NCBI RefSeq assembly: GCF_964204645.1
Contig: NC_134033.1
Location: 5,294,231-5,358,230, forward strand
Direction of reading: 5' to 3'
DNA from: Tubulanus polymorphus
Lineage: Eukaryota > Animalia > Nemertea
DNA length: 64,000 bases
Below the pieces are notes generated by a model. That model saw only the letters and a program-made list of their open reading frames with translations. It was not told where the DNA came from and did no database searches. The translations under genes were made by a program, and so were the position numbers. Shown here piece by piece: positions 28,214 to 41,684 of this stretch. Each line of letters begins with the position of its first letter. Position 1 is the first letter of the stretch.

Positions 28214-28825
28214 CAGTGGAATCTCGTTATAACGACCATTCATCAGTTATCAAAAATCAATATTTTCGTTCCGAATTCTTATAATTTGATACTGGATATG
28301 TAACAAACTCAGTTTTTAACGAAAAGATTTTCTGATCCCCTGAAGTTCGTTGTAACCAGGTTCTACTGAATGTAGAACTGTAGAACTATCAGTTACAACG
28401 AACAGATTTTCTGAACTCTTTCGTTGTGACAAGGTTTCACTTAATACAGAACGACCGGTTATAACAAACAGATATTCAGGTGCCCTGTAGTTCGTTGTAA
28501 CATTTTCCGGGGCATGAAGATCGTTGTAACGAGGTTCTGCTATTAGAACTATCGGTTTTAACGAACGGATTTTCTGATGCCCTGAAGTTCACTGTAACGA
28601 GGTTCCACTGTATATAGAACTATCAGTTAAAACAAATGGGTTTTCTGGACTCTTGAAGTTCGTTGTAACGAGGTTCCGCTGTATGAAGAACTATCAGTTA
28701 TAACGAACAGATTTTCTAGTGCCCTGAAGTTCGCTGTAACAATTTCTGGGGCCTGAAGTTCGTTGTAACGAGGTTCTGCTATATGTAGAACCATCAGTTG
28801 TAACGAACAGATTTTCTGGTGCCTT
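28214..28825. mobile_element. Tc1/pogo-type MITE with tandemly amplified right end
   Basis: Starts TA|CAGTGGAATCTCGTTATAACGA; repeated inverted copies TCGTTGTAACGAGGTTCCACTG|TA. Confidence 0.6.
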
Positions 28826-31800
28826 GATGAGGGTCGACTGTGTTTTTTGGACCACGTATACGTCAATGAGCATAAAATACAATGTTTTGATTCAGATTTC
28901 TGATGATCCGGTCCCGACTGATCTGGATCAAGCCGGTTTGACTGTCGAACGCGGAGAGCGAAGTAAATATTTTTCTGGTAATCGCTCATCCCGGGTACTG
29001 TTTCTGGGGTACCGGCATATTATCACTATCATTATTACTATTACTATTATTATGAAATATATGTATATAATCGAATATGAATATTTAGATATAATGTAAT
29101 GAATTTTTAACGAGCTGTTTTACTTCGAATGAAAGGTTTCCATTCGTTTGTTCGTATGTCGTGCGTAGAATAAAAACTAAAACTATGAAAAAAATATTTC
29201 AAAAAAACAAACGATTTCTTATAATCGTGAACAAAACAAAAAAAACGAAATAAATAATTATGTACGTATATGTTTTGAATTCGAAAAAAATGATGAAATA
29301 AAATGCACACATGACGCATTGCATCGATTTGTTTGTTTCTAAAAACTGGTGGTGGTGAAAAGAATCTTTGATTTGCCAACTTTTTGAATCGATTGTTAGT
29401 GAGTTCGCTGAACCTTATGTTGTACACAGTAAACCTTGCCCGACTCTGGACCGTGGCAAAATTGGTAAAAGGTGAAGTCCGAGTTGATGTTGCGTCCTCG
29501 CTTGCCAGGGTTTTATTGCCTGCTGTCAAAACTCGCGCTGACACAAACCCATCTGTTACACTGCCCAAGATTTTTGGGCAAACGGGTTCCCGCTAGGCGG
29601 CCGGCGGTCTATTTCTCTCTTGCTTATCAGATGCGTAGCAATCTGCAAGTAGGTAGGAAACAACCCATCCAATTGGCTTAATACAGACTGGTGGCCGCCG
29701 AGTGGAAACCTGTCTGGAAATCTCGGGCAACACAGTGGATTTAGGGGGTGGACCGGGTGGAATGCTCCACCCCCTACAAAATTCGAATGTGCCCATCGAA
29801 AAATATTTTTTGGAAAGAAAATTTTAAAAGACTATAAAATAAATCCAAATAGATCTTGATAAGGACAAGAGAAGCCCCTCTGATTGCCCCAAATGTTCTG
29901 TGGGAAGGGCCACCAGAACCCTACCAATGCGTACCAATGTTTCGCTTGCAGCCCTCGCATTACCAAATCTGCCCTTTCAAATTAAGTGTCCATTCGAATT
30001 TCAAGGTCCACCCCTTTCAAAGAATCCCAGATCCGCCCTTGGGCAAAGTAATAGACCAATGAAGAATTTAACGGTCAGGGTTTGTTTCATGGCGTACTCC
30101 TTGTGCCCCTGTCTGGATCCACTATCCGTAACATTTGGTCCTGCTCGATGAACCCACAATTGATGGTCTTTTAAAAAGCTTTTATTCTAAACGTTTTAAA
30201 GTTTTAGCTAAACCTTTTCAACAGAAATGAAAATACCTTAAAATCTTAGAATAAAAATTCTTTTTGAACATCAGTTGTAGGTGGATTTATGGGTTCGACT
30301 GTGTGGACTAGAATAGTTTGATTGTGCTCTCCAAAAATTATGGAAATTTTTTCTAGAAGGACAAAAACCAAATTGTCAGTGGTGAGAATTTTGTCCTAAA
30401 CCAGAAGCCCACACCAATTGCCAAATCCGCCCTTCCAAATTAAGTGCGCCATTCCAAATTAAGTGCGTCATAACAACTGTTTTCTTTGTTGTTTACAAAT
30501 TTTCAGTCTTCAATATTTGACAATCTGCCAGTGACCTTCGAAAATTCTAGATAAACATCATGTTTGATAGATATTGAGCTCTTGAGGATTAACCGTGGGT
30601 TGAACTTACAGAGTTTACTGTAAAGTACATGTACCATCGATATACCTCCCATATACCGCCAGGTTTTCTCAAATAGATAGTAAAAAACCCCGATATACCG
30701 CCATACTCTCTATACTGCCAAAATCGTTCCGCACCGATGTGGGCGGTATATCGGGGGCTGACTGTACTACCTTTTCAGATTTGGTCTCTCGTTGGGGCCA
30801 GATTTTCAAATAAGGAATATATTAAGAATAAATATCAAGAAAATAATCATTTTTGCAAGTTTTAACCTTAGCCGAAATGACAAACACAAGGTATCAATTT
30901 TTCAGCCTAAACTACATGTACTACATTTGATGTCATACTACTCTTAATTTCTTCATGAAAACTACAAATTTACGGACATCGGGTGGTTTGGTCTGACACA
31001 TGACGATAGACCGTCAAATCGTAACTCGGAAGTTATGCGTGGAATAGCCGCATACCTATGCCGGATGGATAAGTATCAATGCTTGGTTATCTAATGGGGA
31101 TGAAAGGGGCGCACTGGACTTTAAAAAAAAAAGATAATCGCGTAATTTACGAACATGGAAGGTCTGTTTACATAGATCACTTATTGCGTTACTGTTCGGC
31201 GACCAATATGGCATAGTCAAGTCGAAAAGGCACGTGTCTACGAGACATCTCAAAACTGATTGAAAACCGCGATACGAATATTGATTAATTCAAATTTATT
31301 CAATATATTTTCAATGCAGTGTATAATAATGAAGCAAGTACCGATAATAATATTTCCAAAAACAGCGCGCGCATACAAAATATACAAAGTTCTATACGAT
31401 GATCGATGACATGATTGTTCGATAATGATAATCTACTAATTAAGTTTGTCCAGTTTGATACGTATAATCAAGAACTCCGCTCAAGTCCGATTGAAACATC
31501 TCGGCAGGTAAAAACAAAACCGTTTAGCTCGGATATCCATAGAAGCAAAAACAGTAAATTTTCATATCATACTGGTATTTATATGAAATAAGATGAAGCT
31601 AATTGCAAACAGAGCCGTTATTTATTCTATATAAATACCGGTATATGAAAATTTAATCACTTGCGCTATGCCAGAAGAGAGAAAAATGTAACTCCCGAAA
31701 ACGTTAATAGCTAGGATAAATATATATACTTATTGGGAAATGAGGTACTGTTTTTGCTTCGATGGATTTTCAACTATTTGAACTTGATTACCAAAGATCT

Positions 31801-32662
31801 AACTCTGATATCGCCTTCAAGTCAAAAGATCTGGACTTAAGTGAAGTTTACCGTACTATCAAACTCTCGGATATCGCTGTCAATGCGGGCGTCTTTAATG
31901 AATTTTGTAAATACTTCGCTGAGTTGAGTAATACGGAGGAGTGTCACTTTAAACTATTCGGTAGGAAACATTTTTGGACACGAATATTGCCGGACGCCAA
32001 TCACAAGGCGGGGCCTCGATACTACGTTCTTAAAAAAGTATCAATTTTGGTATGAAGTAAAATTCAAAAACGAGTACTCCGTGGGCCTCGAACCCCGAAT
32101 TTTGATGTTCGTTATATATTTTATTGTAATAACAATTATTTCGTTGGTATCATGATCCGATTCATTTTGAAAACACCAATCTACACGAGAGATGAAATCC
32201 TGCGTTAAGGCCTTTCTCAACGCTTTCAATGAATCTACACTGCAGTGCGACGTATTAGTCGGTAATGGACTTCGCTTATACACCGCACTGCAGTGCCATT
32301 TCTTATATTAAGATTAAATTAGTAACTAATGATACACCGCACCATGACGCACTTAATGATATGCGACTGGGTTTGAATTTTCAAAATTTTCATCCAATCA
32401 TCTCCAGCATCTTATGGTAAACACTGAAAGAGTTAAGCCGATGTTGAGTTTCACATGTGAGGAGACCCCGATACAGCCAGCTTTAAATAGCAGAGTGATG
32501 ACTGTGACTATGAGTGTAAAGTAAATTAATTGCGTAGACGCAAGACTTTAAACAGACCCGCAGACAGCCGGTCGGAAACGAAGGCGGCTTTTTCATGCTC
32601 TCGCGTAGATTGGCCTCGACGGAGATGATTTCCCTGAGATCGATGTCGCATCTGCAAACGAG

Positions 32663-32790
32663 TTACGAAGACTTCTCCAACAGTTCTTTGTTGAACATGT
32701 ACTCTCCTAATCCGACACCGGCTAGTTTCGCTCGTGTCGTCAAATCGACGATCTCTTTCATCGACTCTACTTGCGGCTTCAGAAATTCAC
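32663..32790 (-). CDS. Ferritin (H/soma type), last coding exon
   Basis: (G)EFLKPQVESMKEIVDLTTRAKLAGVGLGEYMFNKELLEKSS*; acceptor CTGCAG|; AATAAA at 31300-31295. Confidence 0.95.
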
Positions 32791-33366
32791 CTGCAGAATA
32801 ATACACAAACAACGACGACTTTATTTCAACCTTGATAGCTTGATCGACAGGGAGCCTTACAAATCCAGTTAGGTGCCGATTAAGGGGTTAGTCATCTAGC
32901 GGCAGAACTAGACGTTAAAAACTCTAGTGACATGACCTCGAAGATGACCTCATAACTGAGGAACGGGGTCGAAATTAAAAAGTTGTCGCGTCGAAATTTA
33001 GCTATCGGCTCTATAGACAGAACATTTTTAAAATCATGTAATCGATTTCTGAACTCTGGCAAGACGGTCCCAGTTCGTCCAAGTTAGGCGAAGTTTACTG
33101 TAGCGAGCGACTCTCACAAGTGGAAACCTCTAATGCCGTAGTAATTAGTGTCCTAGCGACACCTGGTAGATCCTCAACTGACATAAGTGAAATCCTCTAT
33201 TGCCGTAGTTGATATCCTACTGCTCACTAGCGACACCTGGCGGATCCTCACTTGCCAAAAGTGGAATCCTATATTGCCGCAGTAGTTGATACCCTACTGC
33301 TCACTAGAGACACCTGGTGGATTCTCACTCGCCACGAGTAGAACGGAGACATAAAGCGATGCTTAC

Positions 33367-33565
33367 CTTCGAGATAATCCGTCAGATTAGCGTCGGAATG
33401 TTTCGAAGCGATCGCATGAAGTTCCAGCAGCGATTCGTTGACTTTTTTCTCCAACGCCAGCGCCATCTCGAGCGAGGCCACACCGGACGCCCACTCGCTC
33501 TGAGCTGGGGCTTTGATGTCTTGCAGGACAATGCGACCTCCGCGCATGTTCTGATATTTCATCAA
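33367..33565 (-). CDS. Ferritin coding exon 2
   Basis: [20 protein letters not shown]...[13 protein letters not shown]...LTDYLE; TTACAG| and G|GTAAGC. Confidence 0.97.
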
Positions 33566-34323
33566 CTGTAACAAATCGTTGAGATGTTTGAGTCATTATG
33601 TAGATTATTGAAATTAAAATACAAGTTTTCTACGGATCAATCATTCCGGGATAGACCCTATAAGGAGTTCGAAAAGAGAGAAAATTTCAAATTTCGAGGA
33701 AGCGTCTACATGACCTTCATATTCCAATTACAGTCGACTCTTCTTAAATCGATATTGTTTATCTCGATACATGTGTAATCCAAAATAACTGGATTCCGTC
33801 TACGGACAGACGGACGAACGAAAAGTGAACGCGATAGCCCGCTAGGACTTAAGTTCCAAGTGGGCTAATAATCCATGTCCAACTTTTATAATATCGATTA
33901 ACCTTTTATCCAACTACAAACCAGACAAAAAATTTTAATCGCTTAAACCCTCAAAATTGGAGTTTAAAAGGAGACAGTCGTAGGGACCCTGTCTTAGGCC
34001 TAGGTCTTTAAGGATGAACCAAACAACATATAGGCTCGACACACAATCCAGTTACTGACAAGAAGACAAAGTCTAGTTTTACTGATTGAACCATAGCCCG
34101 GTTACTGACTAAACCACAATCTTGAATGATACTGATTAAACAATAGTCCGGTTACTGACTAAACTGCAGTTCAGTTATTGACTAAAACCTACAGACCAGT
34201 TACTGACTAACCCACCTAACCACAATCTAGTTACTAACTAAACAGTAGTCACTAGACCGGATTCCAGTTACTGACTAAAACAGAGTCCGGTTACTGACTA
34301 ATTAGTAATTAGTATAATCTTAC

Positions 34324-34518
34324 CATATCGGCGTGGCCGCGCTCCTCGTCGGAGTTCTCTTTGTAGAACTTGTGGAAACCGCTCAACGCGACGTCGTCCC
34401 GATTGAAATAATGAGCCATCGACAAATAAACGTAGCTCGCGTAGAGCTCCAGGTTGATCTGTTTATTGATCGCTGCTTCGCATTCCGCATGGTAATTCTG
34501 TCTGACGACCGACGACAT
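34324..34518 (-). CDS. Ferritin coding exon 1 (173 aa in total, no signal peptide)
   Basis: [34 protein letters not shown]...SDEERGHA; ferroxidase ligands E, EExxH, E and Q present across the exons; donor ATG|GTAAGA. Confidence 0.97.
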
Positions 34519-35144
34519 TACGATAGATCACAATTCGAGACTCTGAGCCGCGAGATCTGAAATTCAATTCGATAACTTTAAAACTGGAGCGACTTAAGAA
34601 TAGGGGAATATAGCAATTAAATATTTAGTAGGCCTAGCCTAGTAATTAAATAGATTAGGGAACTAATCCTAACGACCTAGTCCCCTATTCTTGAATCTTA
34701 CCCAACAGTAGTGTTTTGGCCCTTGTCTGTTGTCGTCCCTGGTAAGCCTACAGGGCTCAGTTTCACAAAGAAATTAAACTCAAATTTTTGGTGTAGGCCT
34801 AATTGCCATTATATTGGTTAGGCCTACTTCAGTCTTCATGTTTTCAATGAGGACAACAATTCAAACTAAACAGTTTTAGGCTTAAACTTTTTCGTGAAAC
34901 TGGGCCCATATCTAGGTCGATTATAAAAGCTTCCCACCACCACCAACACCAATGCAATGGCAACGATTTAATGATTAGGTAACAACTCAGTCAGTCAGGT
35001 TGCAAGTAGGCTACTTGTCTTTTTTAGTTTTAGGCTTATAATTTCTTATTTGCAAGAAAAAATTGTTACATAATTTACAAAATAATGCCTGGACGTCATT
35101 TAAAATCGTCCAGGCTGTTCTAAGTAAAGAGATAAAATGCTTAC

Positions 35145-35209
35145 TTCAAGCGTTGTGGTGACGAGTGTTTGTCACTTCTTCTCGAAGTCCTCTAGTCCTT
35201 GGCTTTATA
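35145..35209 (-). promoter_or_regulatory. Putative ferritin TATA box and short non-coding first exon
   Basis: TATAAA at 35209-35204; donor GAA|GTAAGC at 35145; matching acceptor TTTCAG| at 34556. Confidence 0.55.
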
Positions 35210-35277
35210 CTATTTCCGGGTTAGTGTACCATTCGGCCGCTGCGAAAAATATAGCAGCACCTGAGGGTGTTGGTACA

Positions 35278-37338
35278 CTCAAAAACAATAAGGCCCCAGG
35301 CATTGATGGAATCACGAATGAGCTGTTGGGAGTTAGTCAGTATCCGTTTTTAGTTGATATATTACAAAAATTATTCAATTTAGTTCTTAAAACAGGATAT
35401 GTTCCAGAGATGTGGTCTATAGGCGTCATCAAACCCATTTTCAAAAAGAATGGCGATCCCTCTAATCCTGATAATTAGAGGTATTACCTTAGTTAGCTGT
35501 CAAAGATTGTCAACATTTCTAGATACGAATCACATTATAAGTGAAGCCCAGGCTGGCTTTAGATCGAAATATTCCACCATTGATCATATTTACACGCTTA
35601 AAACAATCGTAGAGCTGTATCTTTGTCAGGGAAGAAGTCTTTTTTGCGCCTTTGTTGATTTTAAGAAAGCTTTCGACTCGATTTGTAGGGTAAAGTTAGC
35701 CTATGGCGAAAATTAATTGCTAACAATGTTAATGGAAACTTTTTCAATGTGGTCAAAAATATGTATAACTCCATAAAATCATGTGTTGAATTAAATGGTT
35801 GCACCTCACAATACTTTGCAGCTGATAGAGGCTTAAGACAAGGCGAAAATCTCTTATCTATCCTCTTTTCGTTATTCTTAAACGACATTGAAGAATTTTT
35901 CATTGATCGTGGAAAACCGACTTTGTCATTTATAGAAAAACTAAATTTGAATCGTGATCAGGATATTGATACTTTACTGAATTTATTCATAATACTATAC
36001 GCAGATGATACAGTTATTCTTGCTGAGGATGAGAAATCTCTTCAGCTACACTTAGATACCTTATTTGAATATTGCGCGGCTAATGGTCTCACTGTTAACT
36101 CAGAGAAAACTAAAGTACTAGTATTTGCGCGAAGTAAATCCCGGATAAAAACGATTTCGAAATTTATGTTTGGTGATCAAGAGTTAGAGGTATGAAGATT
36201 ATGTTTATCTCGGAGTAAAATTCAATTGGAATGGTAACTTTGCTAAGGCAAAAAAGTATCTTTACGATAAAGCTATCAGAGCTATGTTTTCGATCGTTCA
36301 AAAAGGCAGACGTTTGAAATTGCCCATAGATGTTATGTTTAAATTATTTGATACGTGTGTTGCTCCAATAGCCATGTATGGGTGTGAGATCTGGGGATAC
36401 GAAAATCTTGATTTATTAGAAAATATTCATTGCTTCTTCTGTAAAATCTTAATGAAAGTGACGAAATATTCTCGCAACTTACAAGTTTTATCAGAGCTAG
36501 GACGTTACCCTTTGAATATAGATGTTAGACGCAGGATGATTAACTTTTGGGTTAAAACAGTATCTGGAAAGCAAACCAAACTTAATTCAATTCTCTATAA
36601 AATATCTTTCAATTTATTTTTAAGGGATAAATTTAAGAGCCCTTGGTTATCATATATAAAGAAAACGTTTGATGACTGTGGTTTGTCCTGCATTTGGACG
36701 CAGCAATTCATGACTAACAGTAAATCTTTTTCAAAACGAATAAACAGATACTCCGTGACCAGCACCTTCAAGAAACTTTATCTGCCATAAATACTAATCC
36801 GATATACACTAACTTTAGGCAATATAAAAATGATATTAGGTTAGAGAAGTATATAATAGAACTTGGTGATGACTTAGGAACTATTTTATTTGAATTTAGG
36901 GTCGGGTCCTATATTTTACCTGTGAACAAATTTTCAAACCTTCATTTAGACAGAGCCGATAGAATATGCCCCACTTGTAATACTTTAGGTGACGAATCCC
37001 ATTTTCTGTTAGACTGTACCTTACTTAACGAACAACGCAAAAACTTTTTGAATTTGAATACCTTAAATACCCTTGATATTCTGAAAAACCCAACGGTCAA
37101 CTTAGCTAAATTCAATAAGACCGGCTTAGATGTATATAGATCCCTCCAATAGTATATATATAGTATTGTAAATAGTTGATGTATATATATATTTCGTTAC
37201 GTTTTCATTCTCTAAATTTCTAATCACTTCAGTGTTGTTTTGTAAATATTTGTATATACATGTGTAATAGTTTTCCTCCATATACCATGGAAATGGTTGG
37301 AGTGTAAATAAATCGTAATCGTAATCGTAATCGTAATC
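35278..37338 (+). mobile_element. 5'-truncated, degenerate non-LTR retrotransposon (ORF2 RT; RTE-X/L2-group-like)
   Basis: KAPGIDG, QAGFR, FVDFKKAFDS, GLRQG, YADD motifs; C-terminal CxxC...H...C; stops and frameshifts; (AATCGT)n tail; candidate TSD GGTACA (35272-35277 / 37339-37344). Confidence 0.93.
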
Positions 37339-37864
37339 GGTACAAATGTTTCTGAGATATTTAAACGACCAAGCTCTTAGAATAGATTTCAATTTTACGT
37401 ACCAACATGAATAAACATACCCTTTGTCATGGATATCTATGCATATTATAGTCCAAGTTAGTTACTTTGTTATTTCTGTTTGTTCATTTAAACAAGTTTA
37501 TTTTGTCATCGAATTTGTAAATTTTCTACAGTGTCATAAAATTAGTAATTTTTTGTGTTGTCCAATACCTGTAATGGGTTTGAGTGTTAAATAAATGAAT
37601 GAAAGCGATTTTTTCACGGTGTTGGTCACGGTCTCTCCAAAACTGAGTACATTAATTACTTTTGGAACGAACTGCATCATGATAAAAGGTGTTGCTTTCA
37701 TAAACTCGCCAAAATAAATTTTGGTTTGAAACGTACGTATCTAAACTTGCCAGCCGATTTAGCTCTTACTAAGTAGCTGGTACATAACAACTTCATTTGT
37801 CTGTGTATCAACATATTCTGTGTACCATCCTCGCTTGCCAGGGGTCCTGTATCACTCCCAAACT

Positions 37865-38055
37865 CGCTGGAACAGCTTTAGCGTAGTGGGTTCGAATCCC
37901 TTGACGGGTGAAGATGTCTGTGTACCGGTGCAGGTGTTGTGTTCCTTTGTCTCGGTCAAATTTTATTGCTTATTCTATATTTTACGTTATGTTTTACAAA
38001 TGTAAATACATACCTCTCGTAGAGGTGATGAGTGTAAATCAATTTCATTTCAATC
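37865..38055 (+). mobile_element. Probable tRNA-derived SINE
   Basis: B-box GGTTCGAATCCC; LINE-like 3' end GAGTGTAAAT plus short repeat tail. Confidence 0.45.
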
Positions 38056-39184
38056 ACGCTTTTATATGAAAATCTGCCCGTTCATCGAAATCGAATATAT
38101 GTCGTTTTTTCGTGGATAGGCCCTAATGCCATTTTTATAAGTAAGATACGCCCATACTTAAGGTCCTGGTTGCAGGAATTTGATAAAAAAAACAGGTAAA
38201 ATATCAAAATGTTCTCTTCCCTGCAGCGATCGCACAGTCCAGCCCACCGCCATAACCATCTTGGGTAGGCCTACCTTTTTTGTGACATTGCCCTTTTTAC
38301 CCCAAGTAGAACCCCCTAGTAAAAAGAATCCTGTGTACGGGCCTGGAACCTACGAGCTATTGCCGGTATCAATTATTGAGATAATTGCTCGTAGGTCGAA
38401 CTTATCTTAGTAAAACCTGTAGTGAACAGGTCTGGAAGCTATCGTACTGTGTCACTGGTCATTCTACATCGTCGCGCTCTTGCGTTTGGAAATTCGGCGG
38501 CTACTTTTCCCAATTAGTCGCAGATTCCGCAGTTTTAACTTTATCTTACGCTAATTGTCTTTTAAATTCGTTTTGCCTCGCACTGACTCTCTGCACTGCA
38601 TCAATTTATACACTGATGCCCGTTTTAAAGTTTGTTCTCTTGCATCCAAAAGTCGGTCCTTATCACGATGAATTCACCTGATCACTTGTCAAATCTATGA
38701 ATTTTTAATGGCGCTTGCCGTCATATTTCTTGGTTAATAGTACTTAACGATATCTCTACAACGTGCGGCAGTTAGTTGTGCTCGTCCCATTCACATCTAG
38801 TTTGATATGTACACCGAGATTCTCTAGATATGCTAATATTGATAATTATAGTGAATGTAATGTTTCTCTCACACCTGTTTTGTCGATGTATACATTTTTC
38901 TGACCGGTTTTTCGGATGTTACTTCATAGAATTATCCGATCAAATAACATATTAAAACCATAGTTGTCTTTTACATCCACGGTAATGCCATTACCTTTGA
39001 TTGGAACATCAAATTCTGTAGAAGTTCAGTTATCCAATAGGTTCAAAGATGGTTTCGTCTTAAAACCACAAAATGCTCGCAGTTGCAATGATTATTTAAC
39101 TTCCATCTACTAATTACCGTACTGCATTTTTGCCAGTCTCACCGGAACAAACAGATGATGATTTTGTAGGCCTACTTGGACGAA

Positions 39185-39760
39185 AATTCGAGAATCCTTA
39201 TTGATATCCTCATGTACAAGGAAGGATACTGGGAAATCGATGTAAATGTTCTGTTATGTTTTTGATTAAGTTTAGTCGAGTGTCTGCTGAATCACTAGCT
39301 GAAAAGCTCAATCGTGCCATACTTTCCGACATGAAGTTATGTTTGAAAATAAAGTGTTTTATTCTGGTTCGTCACGATTATTTGTTTGTTAAACAGTAGA
39401 AATGAAGCTGGTCCTATCGATATTCATTCAATAGAGGCGCTGACTGGTTCACTGACAACAAGGGCCGGGCTGGAATCAAAATGACTTGACCGAATCGAGA
39501 GTTATTGGTATAGTTTTCATGCTAATGAAATTTCCTATCCATCTATACGAAAATTGAAAGTCTGTAATAAGTGGAAGTATGAGGTAGCATTTTCTCCACC
39601 AATCTGTATAACTGTTCTCATTTGTTGATGCAATACCGGGAATTTTAAGGCATAATTGCTGCTATGATATTTAATACTAATTGGATTGATTTTGTAGAAG
39701 TGCTAACTAACTGGTTACCTTAGTAGATTTAAAAAAGGAATCCCGTACGTGATCATTAAG
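39185..39760 (+). repeat. Diverged duplicate of the GPCR upstream region (~42135-42695)
   Basis: Colinear blocks such as GAGGCGCTGACTGGTTCAC, TGGAATCAAAATGACT and TTTGTTGATGCAATACCG in both copies. Confidence 0.85.
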
Positions 39761-39768
39761 CTTACGTA

Positions 39769-41684
39769 AGTAATAGGGAATAAGTTGTTTCATACCAAAG
39801 GTCGAAGGGTCGAGCTCATAAAAAATAAAAATAAATTCTCGCACGCTCGAATTTATTTTTTTATTTTTTACTCACTCGCCCCTTCAACCTTTGCTATGAA
39901 ACAACTTATTCCCCATTACTCTAATATTTTTATAAATTAAAAGAGTGAGTAAAGTGTGAGTAAATCATTTTCTGAATTAACTTTTTTATTCTTTATATTT
40001 CTGTGATTGTTTCCATTAAATTTTTTTCAATTTCTTATTCAATTTCGTATTTTCATTAATCAAATCCTTACTAATATTCTCGTAATAATAGTATAATGCA
40101 GCCAATATTAGCCCTCCAGCAACTAAATAATGCTTCAAATCACTTTTTCCAATAGGAATGCTATTAAAAGTAATTTGAAATATCTTATTTTGAATTACTC
40201 ATACAGCTTAATCTTATTTCAATATAGAATTATTATTCTTTCCATATTTGATATGTTTAATTGTCTGATAATGCTTTGATTTATGTGATTTTAAATATTT
40301 GCCGCCGCAATAACAATACACTTTTTCATTAGGATTGAATTTTCTAAATTCATCATCTAAATTACATAGAATTCCAATATCTTTATTAGAATTATTATTA
40401 ATTGATTCACATAGAATACCAATATTTGATGAATTATTATTATCTAAATCACATTGAATTCCAATATTTGATGAATTTTCATTATAGATAATTTGTTTAT
40501 TATCAAAAATAAAATAATATAATTGTCGTTTTTCAATTCTTAAGTTAATCTAATCGTTGTAACTTTTAGAAAGTATTAAATCACTATCTCTTTCATTAAA
40601 AGGAGTTTGAAGAATATCTATTATGTTTTCTACTAAAGTTCCTTTATAATTTAAAACTGTATCAAATATTTTAGGATTTTAACACCATTATCAAAAGTAT
40701 CTACTAGTTCAGTAATTAAATATGTTTCTTTTGATAATATTTGATTAATCATTGTAAGATTATCAATTTTATATGTCTGGGATATAATGTTTAATGTAAA
40801 ACTGTGAAAATAATTTATTGGTTTCTTTTATTTCGATTTTAAATTTGGTTTCTTCTTCTTCTTTCTTCATTTTTATAACAAGATTTTTATTGAAATAAAT
40901 CTAACTCATTCAAATATAAATATTCAATGTTAAAATATGAATTATTTCAATCACACTTTACTCACACTTTTATGTTTAAAAATCTAACTCATACAAATTT
41001 AAATATTAAAATATGTTTAAAATATAAAATTGATTCGATCACACTTTACTCACACTTTTTATGTAAAAAAAATTAAGAATCTAACGCATATAAATATAAA
41101 TATTCAATGTTTTAAATATGAATTATTTCAATCACACTTTACTCACACTTAAAAGTTGAAAAAAGAGTTAGAGTTTGCTGAAACCTTTCGCTCTAGAATA
41201 TTTTTTACCCCTTATTGGTTACTGAATGATTGATTACATGTATCACATTTATATGTTTCTTTTTCATTTAATTCTTCATAGTAATACATAAATATATCAT
41301 CTTTATATTCTAATTTCAATTTATTCTCTAAGTGAGATTTAATTTCATTATGTCTTGCTTTTTGAGATCTATCTATATTGATTTTACATGTTGGACAGTA
41401 GTACTTCTTATTTGCTTCAATTTTAATATCAAATTTTTTTATTATAATTGATTTTAGAAGTTATTCATATATAAATTATTCATTTATATATGTTATTCGT
41501 TTATATGTTATTCATACATATGGAATTATTAGAGTAATAGGGAATAAGTTGTTTCATATCAAAGGTTGAAGGGGTGAGTGAATAAAAAATAAAAAATAAA
41601 TTCGAGCGTGCGAGAATTTATTTTTCATTTTTTATGAGCTCGACCCTTCGACCTTTGGTATGAAACAACTTATTCCCTATTACT
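39769..41684. mobile_element. Non-autonomous Polinton/Maverick-related element with 152-bp palindromic TIRs
   Basis: AG...CT termini; 39769-39920 is the near reverse complement of 41533-41684; termini related to the 43751 element; decayed C2H2 zinc-finger segment (~41230-41440) homologous to ~49380-49600. Confidence 0.85.

Noticed and set aside
34535-34552. Non-canonical IRE with CAGAGU loop in the ferritin 5' UTR
   Set aside because: Flanking bases do not form the required 5-bp upper stem
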